Positions 41,051 to 50,499 of a stretch of DNA of 64,000 bases are shown in pieces. The DNA lies in assembly GCA_963751455.1 (NCBI GenBank), contig CAVVUN010000015.1, forward strand, positions 1,568,001-1,632,000, read 5' to 3'. This stretch comes from Nitrospirota bacterium. GTDB lineage: Bacteria; Nitrospirota; UBA9217. The notes beneath the pieces were generated by a model that worked only from the letters and a program-made list of their open reading frames with translations, did not search any database and had not been told where the DNA came from. A program made the translations under genes and the position numbers. The first letter of the stretch is position 1; every line of letters begins with the position of its first letter.

Positions 41051-42934
41051 ATGAGCGCTATAACCTTCATGAATAACTGGAAGCTGACAAAAAAAATTAT
41101 ATTCACCCTCATGGTGGCGCTTGCCTTCGTGTTCACGGTCCTGACCATCATCCTGAGCCTTCATCAGAAGCAGGTCCTGATGCATGAACTCGATAAAAAG
41201 GGCGTGAGTCTTGCCAAATTTGTGGCGGACATATCAGCAGAGCCGATCTTGACGTACAATTTTACGTACCTTGAGAACTACGTAAAAAACATATCGGAAG
41301 GGGACAAGGACATTGTGTATGCAGTGGTTCTCGGAAAGGACGGAAACCCGCTAACGCATCATTTCGACGGCGTCCAGGAGAAAAAGGACGTAAGCGAGTT
41401 CATGAGCCCTGTCATGCAGAATTCTGAAAAAATCGGTTCCGTAAAAATCGGATTCAGCACGTCTTCCATCAGCAGGGCCCTTTTCGGTTCGCAGCTGATC
41501 ATAGGCGCACTCTGCGTGGGCACCCTGATCGTCATCTCCCTCGCGATGCTGGTCATGTTCCGGGTCCTTGCGCTCAACCCGATTGAAGAACTGAAAGCGG
41601 TTGTGGAAACGGCCGCATCAGGAGACCTCACCGTGAAAGTAGATGTGAAGAGCAGGGACGAAATAGGCGACCTTGGTTTTCGCGTCAACCAGATGATCGG
41701 TTCCCTGGCAGATTTGATCGGGCAGGTAAAGTCTTCCTCGAAAAGCATCATGGAAGCTTCCGACCGGATTGCGGCAACATCCGAAAACATCACTGTTTCA
41801 GCCGACCAAACCGCGTCGACGTCGGAACAGGCTGCGAAGAACAACGAATCGGCTGCATCTGCTGTTGAAGAGACGTCGGCCACGATGCACGAGATGTCCG
41901 CAAACATCCAGAATGTCGCCCGGAACGCCCAGAATCAGTCATCCGTTGTCGCGGATACCTCGGGCTCGATCGAGCAGATGGTTGCGTCGATCAAGACTGT
42001 GGCGGGCACGGTCCAGGATCTCGTCGACCTGTCCCAGAAAGCACGGAAAGCCGTGACGATCGGGCTTGAATCGGTCGACAAATCAATCAAGGGAACCGAC
42101 GAGATCAGCAAGACTATCGTCATGTCCGCTGAGACCATAGCGGCCCTCGGATTGCGCGTTGAGGACATCGGAAAGATTGTGGACGTTATCGATGAGATCG
42201 CCGAACAGACGAACCTGCTGGCGCTGAACGCGGCCATTGAAGCTGCGCGCGCCGGGGAACAGGGAATGGGTTTTGCCGTCGTTGCCGAGGAGGTGCGGAA
42301 GCTCGCAGAGCGCTCTGCGCGGTCCACCCGGGAAATCGGCGACCTGATCTCCGGCATCCAGAAAGAGTCACAGGGCGCGATAAAGGTCATGGAAAAGTCT
42401 ACCCTGCTCGTTGAAAAGGGCGTGGAGATGAACAGGCAGGTGGGCGATGCGCTCAAGGGAATAGAAGTGAATGTCGCGGAGGTCGATAAATTCTCCAAGG
42501 AAATAGGCGGAGCGACCCAGGAACAGTCGGCGGGGAGCACCCAGATCGCGAAGGCCGCTGAAAACCTGCGGGAGATCACCCACGAGATAACCTCGGCAAC
42601 AGAGGAACAGGCCTCTGCGGCCGAACAGATCGTAAACACCATGGAAAAGATGAGGGCGACTTTGCATCAAAACGCGGCGCAGACGCTTGAACTTGCAAAA
42701 TCCGCAGAGCAACTGCGTTCCCAGGGAGCTTCGGAGCTTGCCGAGTCAGTGGGGCAGCTTCGATCACAGGCCGAGTATTTCAAGGACATTGTCGGAAAAT
42801 TCATTATTGACGATGAGACGGCTTCTCCGGTTTCCTCTGCAAAAAAAGCGGAGTCCCTGTATAGCGACGGCAACGGCAAAGGCAACGGGAACGGCAGAAA
42901 GGGACTGAGGCGGGAACTGGCGGGGAGAGTGTAA
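41051..42934 (+). CDS. Methyl-accepting chemotaxis protein 3 (short periplasmic domain, 1 HAMP)
   Basis: Intact 627-aa ORF; two [26 protein letters not shown]. Confidence 0.93.
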   Translation: MSAITFMNNWKLTKKIIFTLMVALAFVFTVLTIILSLHQKQVLMHELDKKGVSLAKFVADISAEPILTYNFTYLENYVKNISEGDKDIVYAVVLGKDGNPLTHHFDGVQEKKDVSEFMSPVMQNSEKIGSVKIGFSTSSISRALFGSQLIIGALCVGTLIVISLAMLVMFRVLALNPIEELKAVVETAASGDLTVKVDVKSRDEIGDLGFRVNQMIGSLADLIGQVKSSSKSIMEASDRIAATSENITVSADQTASTSEQAAKNNESAASAVEETSATMHEMSANIQNVARNAQNQSSVVADTSGSIEQMVASIKTVAGTVQDLVDLSQKARKAVTIGLESVDKSIKGTDEISKTIVMSAETIAALGLRVEDIGKIVDVIDEIAEQTNLLALNAAIEAARAGEQGMGFAVVAEEVRKLAERSARSTREIGDLISGIQKESQGAIKVMEKSTLLVEKGVEMNRQVGDALKGIEVNVAEVDKFSKEIGGATQEQSAGSTQIAKAAENLREITHEITSATEEQASAAEQIVNTMEKMRATLHQNAAQTLELAKSAEQLRSQGASELAESVGQLRSQAEYFKDIVGKFIIDDETASPVSSAKKAESLYSDGNGKGNGNGRKGLRRELAGRV

Positions 42935-43767
42935 TGCTGACGAACGAGGAATTCAGGCTTTTCCGGAACCTGGTGTACGACGAGTCCGGCATATACCTTG
43001 CTGAGAACAAAAAGGATTTTCTCGAACACCGGTTGATGGGAAGAATGAAGGCGACCAACAAGACGACGCCGTACTGGTATTACCGGTTTCTTCTTGAGAA
43101 CAGGAAAGCCGAACTCCTCCTTCTTCTCGACTACCTTACCGTCAACGAGACGCAGTTCTTCAGAAACATGCCCCAGTTCGACCTTTTCAGGAATGTTATC
43201 CTTCCCGACATAACGGCCCGCAAAAAGAAGGAGGGCAAGAGAACGCTCAGGATATGGTCGGCAGGATGCTCGACGGGTGAAGAAGCATATTCGATCGCCA
43301 TGTGTGTCCTGGACTTCGTGGAAAACATCACGACGTGGGACATCAAGGTCCTGGCATCCGATTTGAGCCTTCACGCACTTGAAGTCGCTCATCGCTGCAT
43401 CTACCCTGAAGAGAAGGTGAGGGAGAGCGTGCCCCCTCCCGTCATATCGAAATATTTTGAACGCCAGACGGAAGCATACCGGGTGCGCGAGCTTGTCAGA
43501 AACCTTGTCGTATTCGATTACCACAACCTGAAGCATGAGAACGGCATGAGCGGGCTGGACGTCGTTTTCTGCAGGAACGTGATGATCTACTTCGACGAGG
43601 AGGAACAGAAGAGGCTCGCAAAAAAATTTTACATCTCCCTTTCACCGGGCGGATATCTGCTGATAGGGCATGCCGAAAGCCTGCATGGCTGGAACCTGGA
43701 CTTTCAATTTATCCATGACAACAAAGGAACCGCATATAAAAAAATCGACCGGGGGGCGACATTATGA
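42934..43767 (+). CDS. cheR: Chemotaxis methyltransferase CheR
   Basis: TVNETQFFR, IWSAGCSTGEEAYS, FCRNVMIYFD, GHAES. Confidence 0.95.
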   Translation: MLTNEEFRLFRNLVYDESGIYLAENKKDFLEHRLMGRMKATNKTTPYWYYRFLLENRKAELLLLLDYLTVNETQFFRNMPQFDLFRNVILPDITARKKKEGKRTLRIWSAGCSTGEEAYSIAMCVLDFVENITTWDIKVLASDLSLHALEVAHRCIYPEEKVRESVPPPVISKYFERQTEAYRVRELVRNLVVFDYHNLKHENGMSGLDVVFCRNVMIYFDEEEQKRLAKKFYISLSPGGYLLIGHAESLHGWNLDFQFIHDNKGTAYKKIDRGATL

Positions 43768-44129
43768 AGATACTGGTTGTGGAAGACGACAAGAACTTCG
43801 GCTTTGTGCTCAAGGGCGAACTCGAGGAGTCCGGCCACGAAATAGATCTTGCCCTGGACGGGGTCGAAGGCGTTTTGAAATTCATCGACGGCAGTCATGA
43901 TTTCGTTCTGCTCGACATCAAAATGCCGAAACTCGACGGAATCAATGCGCTGCGCATTATCAAAAAAGTGAATCCCCGGGTGCCGGCCATAACCTATTCC
44001 GGAAATGCCGGAAGCGGGGAGATGGCGGAATCCGTCAAGGCAGGCGCGATACGCTGTCTTACCAAACCGTTCGGGATCGGTCAATTGAAGGATGAGATCG
44101 GGAAGTATCGCGTGCGGCACGGAGCATGA
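43764..44129 (+). CDS. Single-domain response regulator (CheY-like)
   Basis: ILVVEDD, LLDIKMP, LTKPF; 121 aa. Confidence 0.9.
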   Translation: MKILVVEDDKNFGFVLKGELEESGHEIDLALDGVEGVLKFIDGSHDFVLLDIKMPKLDGINALRIIKKVNPRVPAITYSGNAGSGEMAESVKAGAIRCLTKPFGIGQLKDEIGKYRVRHGA

Positions 44130-44130
44130 T

Positions 44131-46146
44131 ATGACCAACAATCTGGGACAGTGGGATGAAAAAGAAGTTGCAGAACTCAAAAAGGTCTTCTACTCCCAGG
44201 CGTATGAGATTGTGGAAGAACTTCAGGACGCACTGCTCAAGCTGGAAGCAGACCCTGCCGATGATGGAGTCCTGAAAACAGTGAAGCGATTCGTCCACAC
44301 GCTCAAGGGAGATTCGAATTCGATCGGGTTGACGTCCGTCGGCACGCTCTGCCACCGGATGGAGGATGTCCTTTCTTCCGTCATGGATGATAACGGCCAC
44401 GCTGTTCATGAAGCACTCGAACTGCTCCTGACCAGTGTGGACACAATGCATGCCATGCTGAGCAGGAGCGAGGAAACTTCGGACGTACGATGCCCTGAGG
44501 AACTGCTCCTGAGGATCAACCGCTTTCTCGGCAGTTCCCGCCAATCGCCGGAGCCGCTTGAACAGGAGCAGGGTCTGAGCGAATACCAGGCGCTCCAGGT
44601 CCGTGAAGCGTTGAAGGAGGGATTTTACATTTATCGTGTGGACGCTCTGTTTCACGCAGAGTGCGCGGAAAGGGCCATCGCAGGCTTGATGGTGCTGCAG
44701 AGACTGAGGGAGATGGGCGAGATTATTGCAGTTACGCCTGACCCGGAAAGCAGCGAAATGGAGCACGCGTGCTCTCTCTCAGTAACGTTCAGTTCACGGG
44801 CTGATAGGGCCGCCGTGAAAGAAAAAGCCTTTGTGACAGGTGTTACCGCCGACGTGACCGCAACAGCCTTGCAGTCCGGGAACGAACATACAGAACCAGC
44901 GGCCGCATCGCCGGTATCGGTCTCCCCGGGTTTGAAGAGGGACATGCTGCGTGTTGAAGCGTCCCGCGTAGACAGGATCATGGACCTCGTGGGAGAACTG
45001 ATAATCGGCCGTTCCATGATCGAGCAGCTGACGAGAGACATCGCGGCAGGCGAGTCTCCCGGCGATGTGGTCGATCGACTGATGGCGGCCAATTCCTACA
45101 TGGAGCGCACGGTCTCGGATCTCCAAAAGGGCGCCATGAAGATGCGTATGGTGACTTTGTATCAGATATTCAGAAAATTTCCCAAAATGGTCCGGGATCT
45201 GTCCGTTGAAAAGGGCAAAAAAGTCGCGCTCGAAATATACGGCAATGAGACTGAGCTGGACAAGGGCATTGTTGACGCGCTCGGAGAGCCGCTTGCGCAT
45301 ATTGTTCGCAATTTTATCGATCACGGCATCGAAAGCCCCGCGGAACGGCGCTCAGCCGGCAAGTCCGACACGGGCCGGATCATATTCAAAGCCTATCACG
45401 AGGCATCCGAGATCGTCATCGAAACCTCGGACGACGGACGCGGTATCGAAACCGCGAAACTCAAACGGAAAGCCGTAGAACGCGGGTTCATAACCGCTGA
45501 AGAGGCGGAGAAGATGCAGGATAAAGATGCCATGAACCTGGTATTTTTATCCGGTCTGAGCACGGCCGAAACCGTGAGCGATACGTCCGGCAGGGGAATC
45601 GGCATGGATGTCGTAAAGAGCGCTGTGGAAAGCATGAAAGGCTCGATCGAGATCGAGTCAAGCCTGGGCCGGGGCACGATGTTTCGCATTCGCCTTCCGC
45701 TCACTCTTGCCGTGATCAAGGCGCTGCTTTTCGAGGTCGGTGAACGGACATACGCCGTACCGGTTGCGATGATTGCAGAAGTTGCAAAAATCCGGATGGA
45801 TGATCTTATTACCGTGGATGGGAAGAAGACCCTTCTCCTGAGAGATCAGATCATCTCCATTATTTCCCTGGAGAATCTTTTTGCTATTGATGGCAACGGA
45901 AAAAAGGGAAAATACGTACTTGTCCTCGGTACGACCGGCAGGAAGATCGGGCTGATGATCGACCGGCTCGTCAGGCAGCAGGAGCTGGTGGTAAAGGCGA
46001 TCGACCACGGCGATGTCCACTCGGATTTCGTCGCCGGCGCATCCATACTCGGCAACGGGATGGTCGTTCTCATTCTTGATGTGACAGCACTGCTCAAAAA
46101 AGCCATCGAGGAAGAAAAAAGAAAAAGACTGGAGGTAAGCGCATAG
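44131..46146 (+). CDS. cheA: Chemotaxis histidine kinase CheA
   Basis: Hpt HTLKG, LVGEL, HIVRNFIDHGIE, DDGRG, SGRGIGMDVV, LPLTLA, C-terminal CheW domain. Confidence 0.95.
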   Translation: MTNNLGQWDEKEVAELKKVFYSQAYEIVEELQDALLKLEADPADDGVLKTVKRFVHTLKGDSNSIGLTSVGTLCHRMEDVLSSVMDDNGHAVHEALELLLTSVDTMHAMLSRSEETSDVRCPEELLLRINRFLGSSRQSPEPLEQEQGLSEYQALQVREALKEGFYIYRVDALFHAECAERAIAGLMVLQRLREMGEIIAVTPDPESSEMEHACSLSVTFSSRADRAAVKEKAFVTGVTADVTATALQSGNEHTEPAAASPVSVSPGLKRDMLRVEASRVDRIMDLVGELIIGRSMIEQLTRDIAAGESPGDVVDRLMAANSYMERTVSDLQKGAMKMRMVTLYQIFRKFPKMVRDLSVEKGKKVALEIYGNETELDKGIVDALGEPLAHIVRNFIDHGIESPAERRSAGKSDTGRIIFKAYHEASEIVIETSDDGRGIETAKLKRKAVERGFITAEEAEKMQDKDAMNLVFLSGLSTAETVSDTSGRGIGMDVVKSAVESMKGSIEIESSLGRGTMFRIRLPLTLAVIKALLFEVGERTYAVPVAMIAEVAKIRMDDLITVDGKKTLLLRDQIISIISLENLFAIDGNGKKGKYVLVLGTTGRKIGLMIDRLVRQQELVVKAIDHGDVHSDFVAGASILGNGMVVLILDVTALLKKAIEEEKRKRLEVSA

Positions 46147-46244
46147 CGCATGGGGCAGAGCGCATAGCGTAAAGCGATGAAAAACAAGTATGACGCAAAG
46201 ATGAAAATATTTTTTGCCATGCTTTATGCCCTATGCTCTATGCG
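46138..46244. repeat. Palindromic element of 7-bp GCATAGC/GCTATGC-like units
   Basis: AGCGCATAGCGCATGGGGCAGAGCGCATAGCG ... TGCCATGCTTTATGCCCTATGCTCTATGCG; the left arm contains the cheA stop codon. Confidence 0.75.
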
Positions 46245-46268
46245 GTTTGCCTTTGAAAGGTATGCGCA

Positions 46269-47342
46269 ATGCGAAAGATAAGGGTCCTCGTAGTCGATGA
46301 TTCAGCGCTGATGCGGAAGATGATCCCACAGATCCTGGCATCCGACCCGGGTATCGAAGTGGTGGGCACGGCAATGGACGGTCTGTTTGCGCTCAAAAAA
46401 GCCAAAAATCTTGAGCCGGATGTCATCACGCTCGATGTGAGCATGCCGCGCATGAACGGCATAGAAACGCTCAGGCATATCGTAGAGGACTTCCGGATTC
46501 CGACCATTATCGTCAGTTCTCTGGCTCAGAAAGAGGCCGAGTTGACCCTGCAGGCCCTCGAGATCGGCGCTTTTGATTTCGTTACCAAGCCGCAGGACGC
46601 CATTTCCGTTCATATCGGGGAGATAAGCCGGGACCTCATCGAAAAAGTAAGGGCTGCGTACGAAAATCCGCCGGTATCGATACGAATGATGAAAATTCGT
46701 TCAGAACTTCTCCCCAGAAAAAAAGCAAAGCCCGCCGCCCCGGTATCGACTGAACACGTGCTCGCCATCGGCGTATCGACGGGCGGTCCGAATGCGCTCA
46801 GCTATCTGCTTCCGCAGATACCGAAGGATTTTCCCGCCGGGATCGTGATAGTGCAGCACATGCCGGCCGGGTTCACCGAGATGTTTTCAGCAAGACTGAA
46901 CGCGGCATGCGACATCGAGGTGAAGCAGGCCATGGACGGGGACCTTGTTATGCCGGGCCGGGCGCTGATTGCGCCGGGTGACAGGCATCTCAAAATCAAA
47001 CGGATGACGCTCGGCACTATTGCCGTACTGTCTGATGCTCCGCATGTGGGCGGACACCGGCCCTCCGTGGATGTCCTTTTCCGGTCGGTGGCCTCAGAGT
47101 ATGGGCAGCAGGCGACCGGCGTCATCATGACCGGCATGGGGTCGGATGGGTCCGACGGTATCGGGGAAATCAAGGCGCGGGGCGGCATGACGATTGCGCA
47201 GGACGAGAACAGCTGCGTTGTCTTCGGAATGCCGAAAGTTGCGATCGAAAAAGGGAACATCGTGAATACGGTTTCTCTTGCCGGGATGGGATCTTTTCTG
47301 CTGGAGCATTTCTCGAAAAAGGAGGCAGCATATGGCAGTTGA
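46269..47342 (+). CDS. cheB: Chemotaxis methylesterase CheB (REC + esterase)
   Basis: VLVVDDSALMR, GVSTGGP, VQHMP, RPSVDVLF, MTGMGSDG, FGMP. Confidence 0.96.
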   Translation: MRKIRVLVVDDSALMRKMIPQILASDPGIEVVGTAMDGLFALKKAKNLEPDVITLDVSMPRMNGIETLRHIVEDFRIPTIIVSSLAQKEAELTLQALEIGAFDFVTKPQDAISVHIGEISRDLIEKVRAAYENPPVSIRMMKIRSELLPRKKAKPAAPVSTEHVLAIGVSTGGPNALSYLLPQIPKDFPAGIVIVQHMPAGFTEMFSARLNAACDIEVKQAMDGDLVMPGRALIAPGDRHLKIKRMTLGTIAVLSDAPHVGGHRPSVDVLFRSVASEYGQQATGVIMTGMGSDGSDGIGEIKARGGMTIAQDENSCVVFGMPKVAIEKGNIVNTVSLAGMGSFLLEHFSKKEAAYGS

Positions 47343-47760
47343 TTTCGAAGGTGCGAACAGGAGTTCGTTCAACTGTGTGGTGGCTGATGATTCCGCCTTT
47401 GCAAGAAAGAACATAGCCAAGGTCGTAGCGCAGGTCGGCGGAACCGTAATCGGCGAGGCAGCCAACGGCAATGAGGCACTGGAGTTATACATCAAGCTCC
47501 AGCCCGACATCCTGCTGTTGGACATCACCATGCCGCTGCTTGACGGCGTTGATACGCTCAGAAAGATAGTAGAACTCGACAAAAACGCCAAGGTCATCAT
47601 GGTAAGTTCGATCGGGCACAAGGAAATGATCTGGCGGGCGCTCTGCCTCGGCGCGAAACATTTCATCACCAAACCGTACAATCCGGAGTACGCCGGCCTG
47701 ATAATCAAATCGATCATCGAAGGGAAGGGGGGCGCAGCATTATGCGATACGACTACATAG
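47332..47760 (+). CDS. cheY: CheY-like response regulator
   Basis: VADDSAFARK, LLDITMP, FITKPY; AGGAGG RBS; located between cheB and cheX. Confidence 0.8.
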   Translation: MAVDFEGANRSSFNCVVADDSAFARKNIAKVVAQVGGTVIGEAANGNEALELYIKLQPDILLLDITMPLLDGVDTLRKIVELDKNAKVIMVSSIGHKEMIWRALCLGAKHFITKPYNPEYAGLIIKSIIEGKGGAALCDTTT

Positions 47761-48203
47761 AGCCTTTGGTCGCTTCAACAAAAAAGGTACTGGTCAGCCT
47801 CATGCATGCGGAGATAACCAACGGCGAGACAGCGCTCGTGAAGGGTGATGATCTGAAGGGCGAGGTCTCGATTCTCATAGCCCTCAGGGGAGACTCGGAT
47901 GGCCACATCATCGTAAACCTTGACCGGGACACGGCCGCACGGATTTGCACAGTCATGAACGGGCCGGTGGTCGACGGTTCGACTTCATACGATGTCGATA
48001 CGATCTCGGAGCTTTCCAATATGATCGCGGGGAACGCGGCAAGTTCTCTGAATGACCTGGGGTTCGATTTTGCGGTGTACCCTCCGTGCGTTATGACAGC
48101 CGATGAAATCGGGCGGAAAACACAGGGAGTAGAGGTCTTTCGCGTGCCTCTGGGCACGCCGTGCGGCGAGATTTCGATTAATGTGGCCCTGAAGACGAAT
48201 TGA
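47742..48203 (+). CDS. cheX: Chemotaxis phosphatase CheX
   Basis: ISELSNMIAGNA (ExxN motif), VYPP, typical CheX size. Confidence 0.88.
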   Translation: MRYDYIEPLVASTKKVLVSLMHAEITNGETALVKGDDLKGEVSILIALRGDSDGHIIVNLDRDTAARICTVMNGPVVDGSTSYDVDTISELSNMIAGNAASSLNDLGFDFAVYPPCVMTADEIGRKTQGVEVFRVPLGTPCGEISINVALKTN

Positions 48204-48281
48204 AAGCTGCTGTGGGGATGTCGGGTTATTCGAGGAGCCTCCGGGCTCCAGCGGCCGGGCTGTCCGGTCCGGGAGGAAACG

Positions 48282-49325
48282 ATGTCGGATCCCATGAGGA
48301 TACTGTTTGTTGACGACGAGAAGATGATTGTCGAGACGTTTTCCCTGATGCTGACGGACCTCGGCTATTACGTGAAAACCGCGTGCGGCTGCGAAGAAGC
48401 ACTGGGCCTCGCATCGCGCGAGCAATTTGATATAGCCTTTCTCGACCACTTTCTCGGATCGTGCCTCGGACTCGACCTGATGCGCGCCATGGCCGAGGAG
48501 AACCCGGACCTGTCGTATGTTATTGTTACGGCCAACAGCAGCATGGACCTTGCCGTCGAATCCCTGAAGAGCGGCGCGTCGGATTTTATCAGTAAGCCCT
48601 TTCGGGTGGCCGATCTCATCAGGAGTATTGAGTACGTCGGCAAAAAGCGCGAGCTCAAACGGCAAAAGAGAAACTTGCTGGAGAATCTCGAGCACGTTGT
48701 GAATGAAAAGACCGAGGAATTGAAGCAGATCTATACAAATGTGCTGTCGTCTCTGGCCCAGGCAATGGAAAAAAGGGACATCGGGACCTACGGTCACAGC
48801 AGACGGGTCAGTTACCATGCACGGCTCATCGCGGCCGCGCTGGATCTCCCGGAGAAGGAGCGAGCAGACCTCAAAACAGCGGCGCTGCTCCACGATATAG
48901 GAAAAATCGGCATCTCCGATTTTATTCTGGGAAAACAAGGCCAACTCAATGAAGAGGAGCGCCAGGCAATCAAGAACCATCCGCAAAAAGGGTACGAGAT
49001 CCTGAAACCACTCAAACAGTTTGAACCAATACTTCCCGCTATCCTTCATCACCACGAATTTTACAACGGCTTGGGCTACCCCGCCGGTCTTGCGGGCGAA
49101 GCAATCCCTCTTCATGCCAGGATCATTGCCGTTGCGGACACGTATGACGCCATACTGGCTAACAGGCCGTATCGGTCGGGTGCGACCCATGAATCTGCGG
49201 TGAGGGAGCTTTTGCTTTATTCCGGGTCGCAGTTCGATCCTGTAATTGTGAAGGCCTTTGTGGAGACGGACGCCAAATACCGGCATGTAATGGCCGCCGC
49301 ATCAAGCGCGAAGGAATCTGCATAG
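48282..49325 (+). CDS. Response regulator with HD-GYP c-di-GMP phosphodiesterase domain
   Basis: REC domain followed by GHSRRV, LHDIGK, HHEFYNGLGYP, VADTYDA. Confidence 0.93.
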   Translation: MSDPMRILFVDDEKMIVETFSLMLTDLGYYVKTACGCEEALGLASREQFDIAFLDHFLGSCLGLDLMRAMAEENPDLSYVIVTANSSMDLAVESLKSGASDFISKPFRVADLIRSIEYVGKKRELKRQKRNLLENLEHVVNEKTEELKQIYTNVLSSLAQAMEKRDIGTYGHSRRVSYHARLIAAALDLPEKERADLKTAALLHDIGKIGISDFILGKQGQLNEEERQAIKNHPQKGYEILKPLKQFEPILPAILHHHEFYNGLGYPAGLAGEAIPLHARIIAVADTYDAILANRPYRSGATHESAVRELLLYSGSQFDPVIVKAFVETDAKYRHVMAAASSAKESA

Positions 49326-49382
49326 CGCAGAGCGCATAGGGCATAGCGAAAATATTTTACGCTTTGCGCCATACCCTCTCCG
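49320..49382. repeat. Palindromic 7-bp-unit element (same family as 46138-46244)
   Basis: GCATAGCGCAGAGCGCATAGGGCATAGCG-AAAATATTTTA-CGCTTTGCGCCATACCCTCTCCG; overlaps the HD-GYP stop codon. Confidence 0.72.
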
Positions 49383-49438
49383 CACGACGCTCCGGAAAAA
49401 ATATTGCGCTGGAGTACGCTTCCAGAAAGGAACAATCC

Positions 49439-50476
49439 ATGAAGAACTCAGTAACGAGAATGCATATTGCTGTCGTGGGGGCAGTACTATTGCTGACGAC
49501 TTTTCTTTTTGCAGCGTCCGCTGCTTCTGCTCATGAATCGCAAACCGGCTTGCGTGACCACGCCTTTACGGACCCGTCCCGACATTTCCCCATGCCGGAC
49601 GACTGGACCACAAAGCCCATCACGTACGAAAATGGAACAGGACAGGCCGATCTAGTGATCGTCATGGACCAGGATATCTATTTTACGCTGCTTCCCATTA
49701 TAGAAAAATTCGGCAAGGACAATAATATCAAAATCGTTGTCAAGGAAGGCACCTGCGGCATTGCCGCGGGCATGCTCGGCAGGAAGTCGGCTGACATGGG
49801 AGGGTTCTGCTGCCCGCCGGGCGCCGAGGACCGCCTGCCCGGATTGCGATTCCATACCATGGGGATTGTTGCGAAGTCGTTTTTTGTTCATCCTGATAAC
49901 CCCGTGGACAGGGTATCATCTTCACAGCTGCAAAAAATCTACCAGGGAAAGATATACAACTGGTCTCAGTTGACCACTGCACAGGGGAGGCGCGGCCCGG
50001 ATTTGAAGATCAAGGCCGTTGCCAGGCTTCACTGCCAGAGAAGACCCGGTCATTGGCGTAAGCTTCTTGATTCGGACAAAGATTTCAGTCCCCGGATTTC
50101 GGAGGTCGGGTCCATACCCGATATGATCGCCCAGGTGGCAGCCTCAAAAAATGCCATCGGTTGGGAAGTGCTGACCATGGTTGAAAAGAACAAAGACAAG
50201 GGCGCGGTCAAGCCCGTAAGCATCGACGGCTTCCGGCCAAACGACTCTTCGGTTCTTGTTTCGCTTAAATATCCCTATTACCGCACATACAATCTGACAA
50301 CCTGGGAAGGAAAGGGACTCGAAAACAAGCATGCAGGCAAACTGGTTGATTACATGATGCGCGAATTCGACAAGCTTGATCCGGACCGGTTCGGGTTTGT
50401 CTCCGCGAGCCGCCTCAGGAAGGCGGGATGGAAATTCAGTGGGAATGAGCTTATCGGTGAACCGGCCCGACAGTAA
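49439..50476 (+). CDS. Cys-rich PstS/PBP-fold periplasmic binding protein
   Basis: Signal peptide, EGTCGIAAG, ADMGGFCCPPG, FVHPDNPV, IYQGKIYNWSQL, YPYYRTY. Confidence 0.78.
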   Translation: MKNSVTRMHIAVVGAVLLLTTFLFAASAASAHESQTGLRDHAFTDPSRHFPMPDDWTTKPITYENGTGQADLVIVMDQDIYFTLLPIIEKFGKDNNIKIVVKEGTCGIAAGMLGRKSADMGGFCCPPGAEDRLPGLRFHTMGIVAKSFFVHPDNPVDRVSSSQLQKIYQGKIYNWSQLTTAQGRRGPDLKIKAVARLHCQRRPGHWRKLLDSDKDFSPRISEVGSIPDMIAQVAASKNAIGWEVLTMVEKNKDKGAVKPVSIDGFRPNDSSVLVSLKYPYYRTYNLTTWEGKGLENKHAGKLVDYMMREFDKLDPDRFGFVSASRLRKAGWKFSGNELIGEPARQ

Positions 50477-50499
50477 CAGGGCGGGGAACGGAACGGGCA

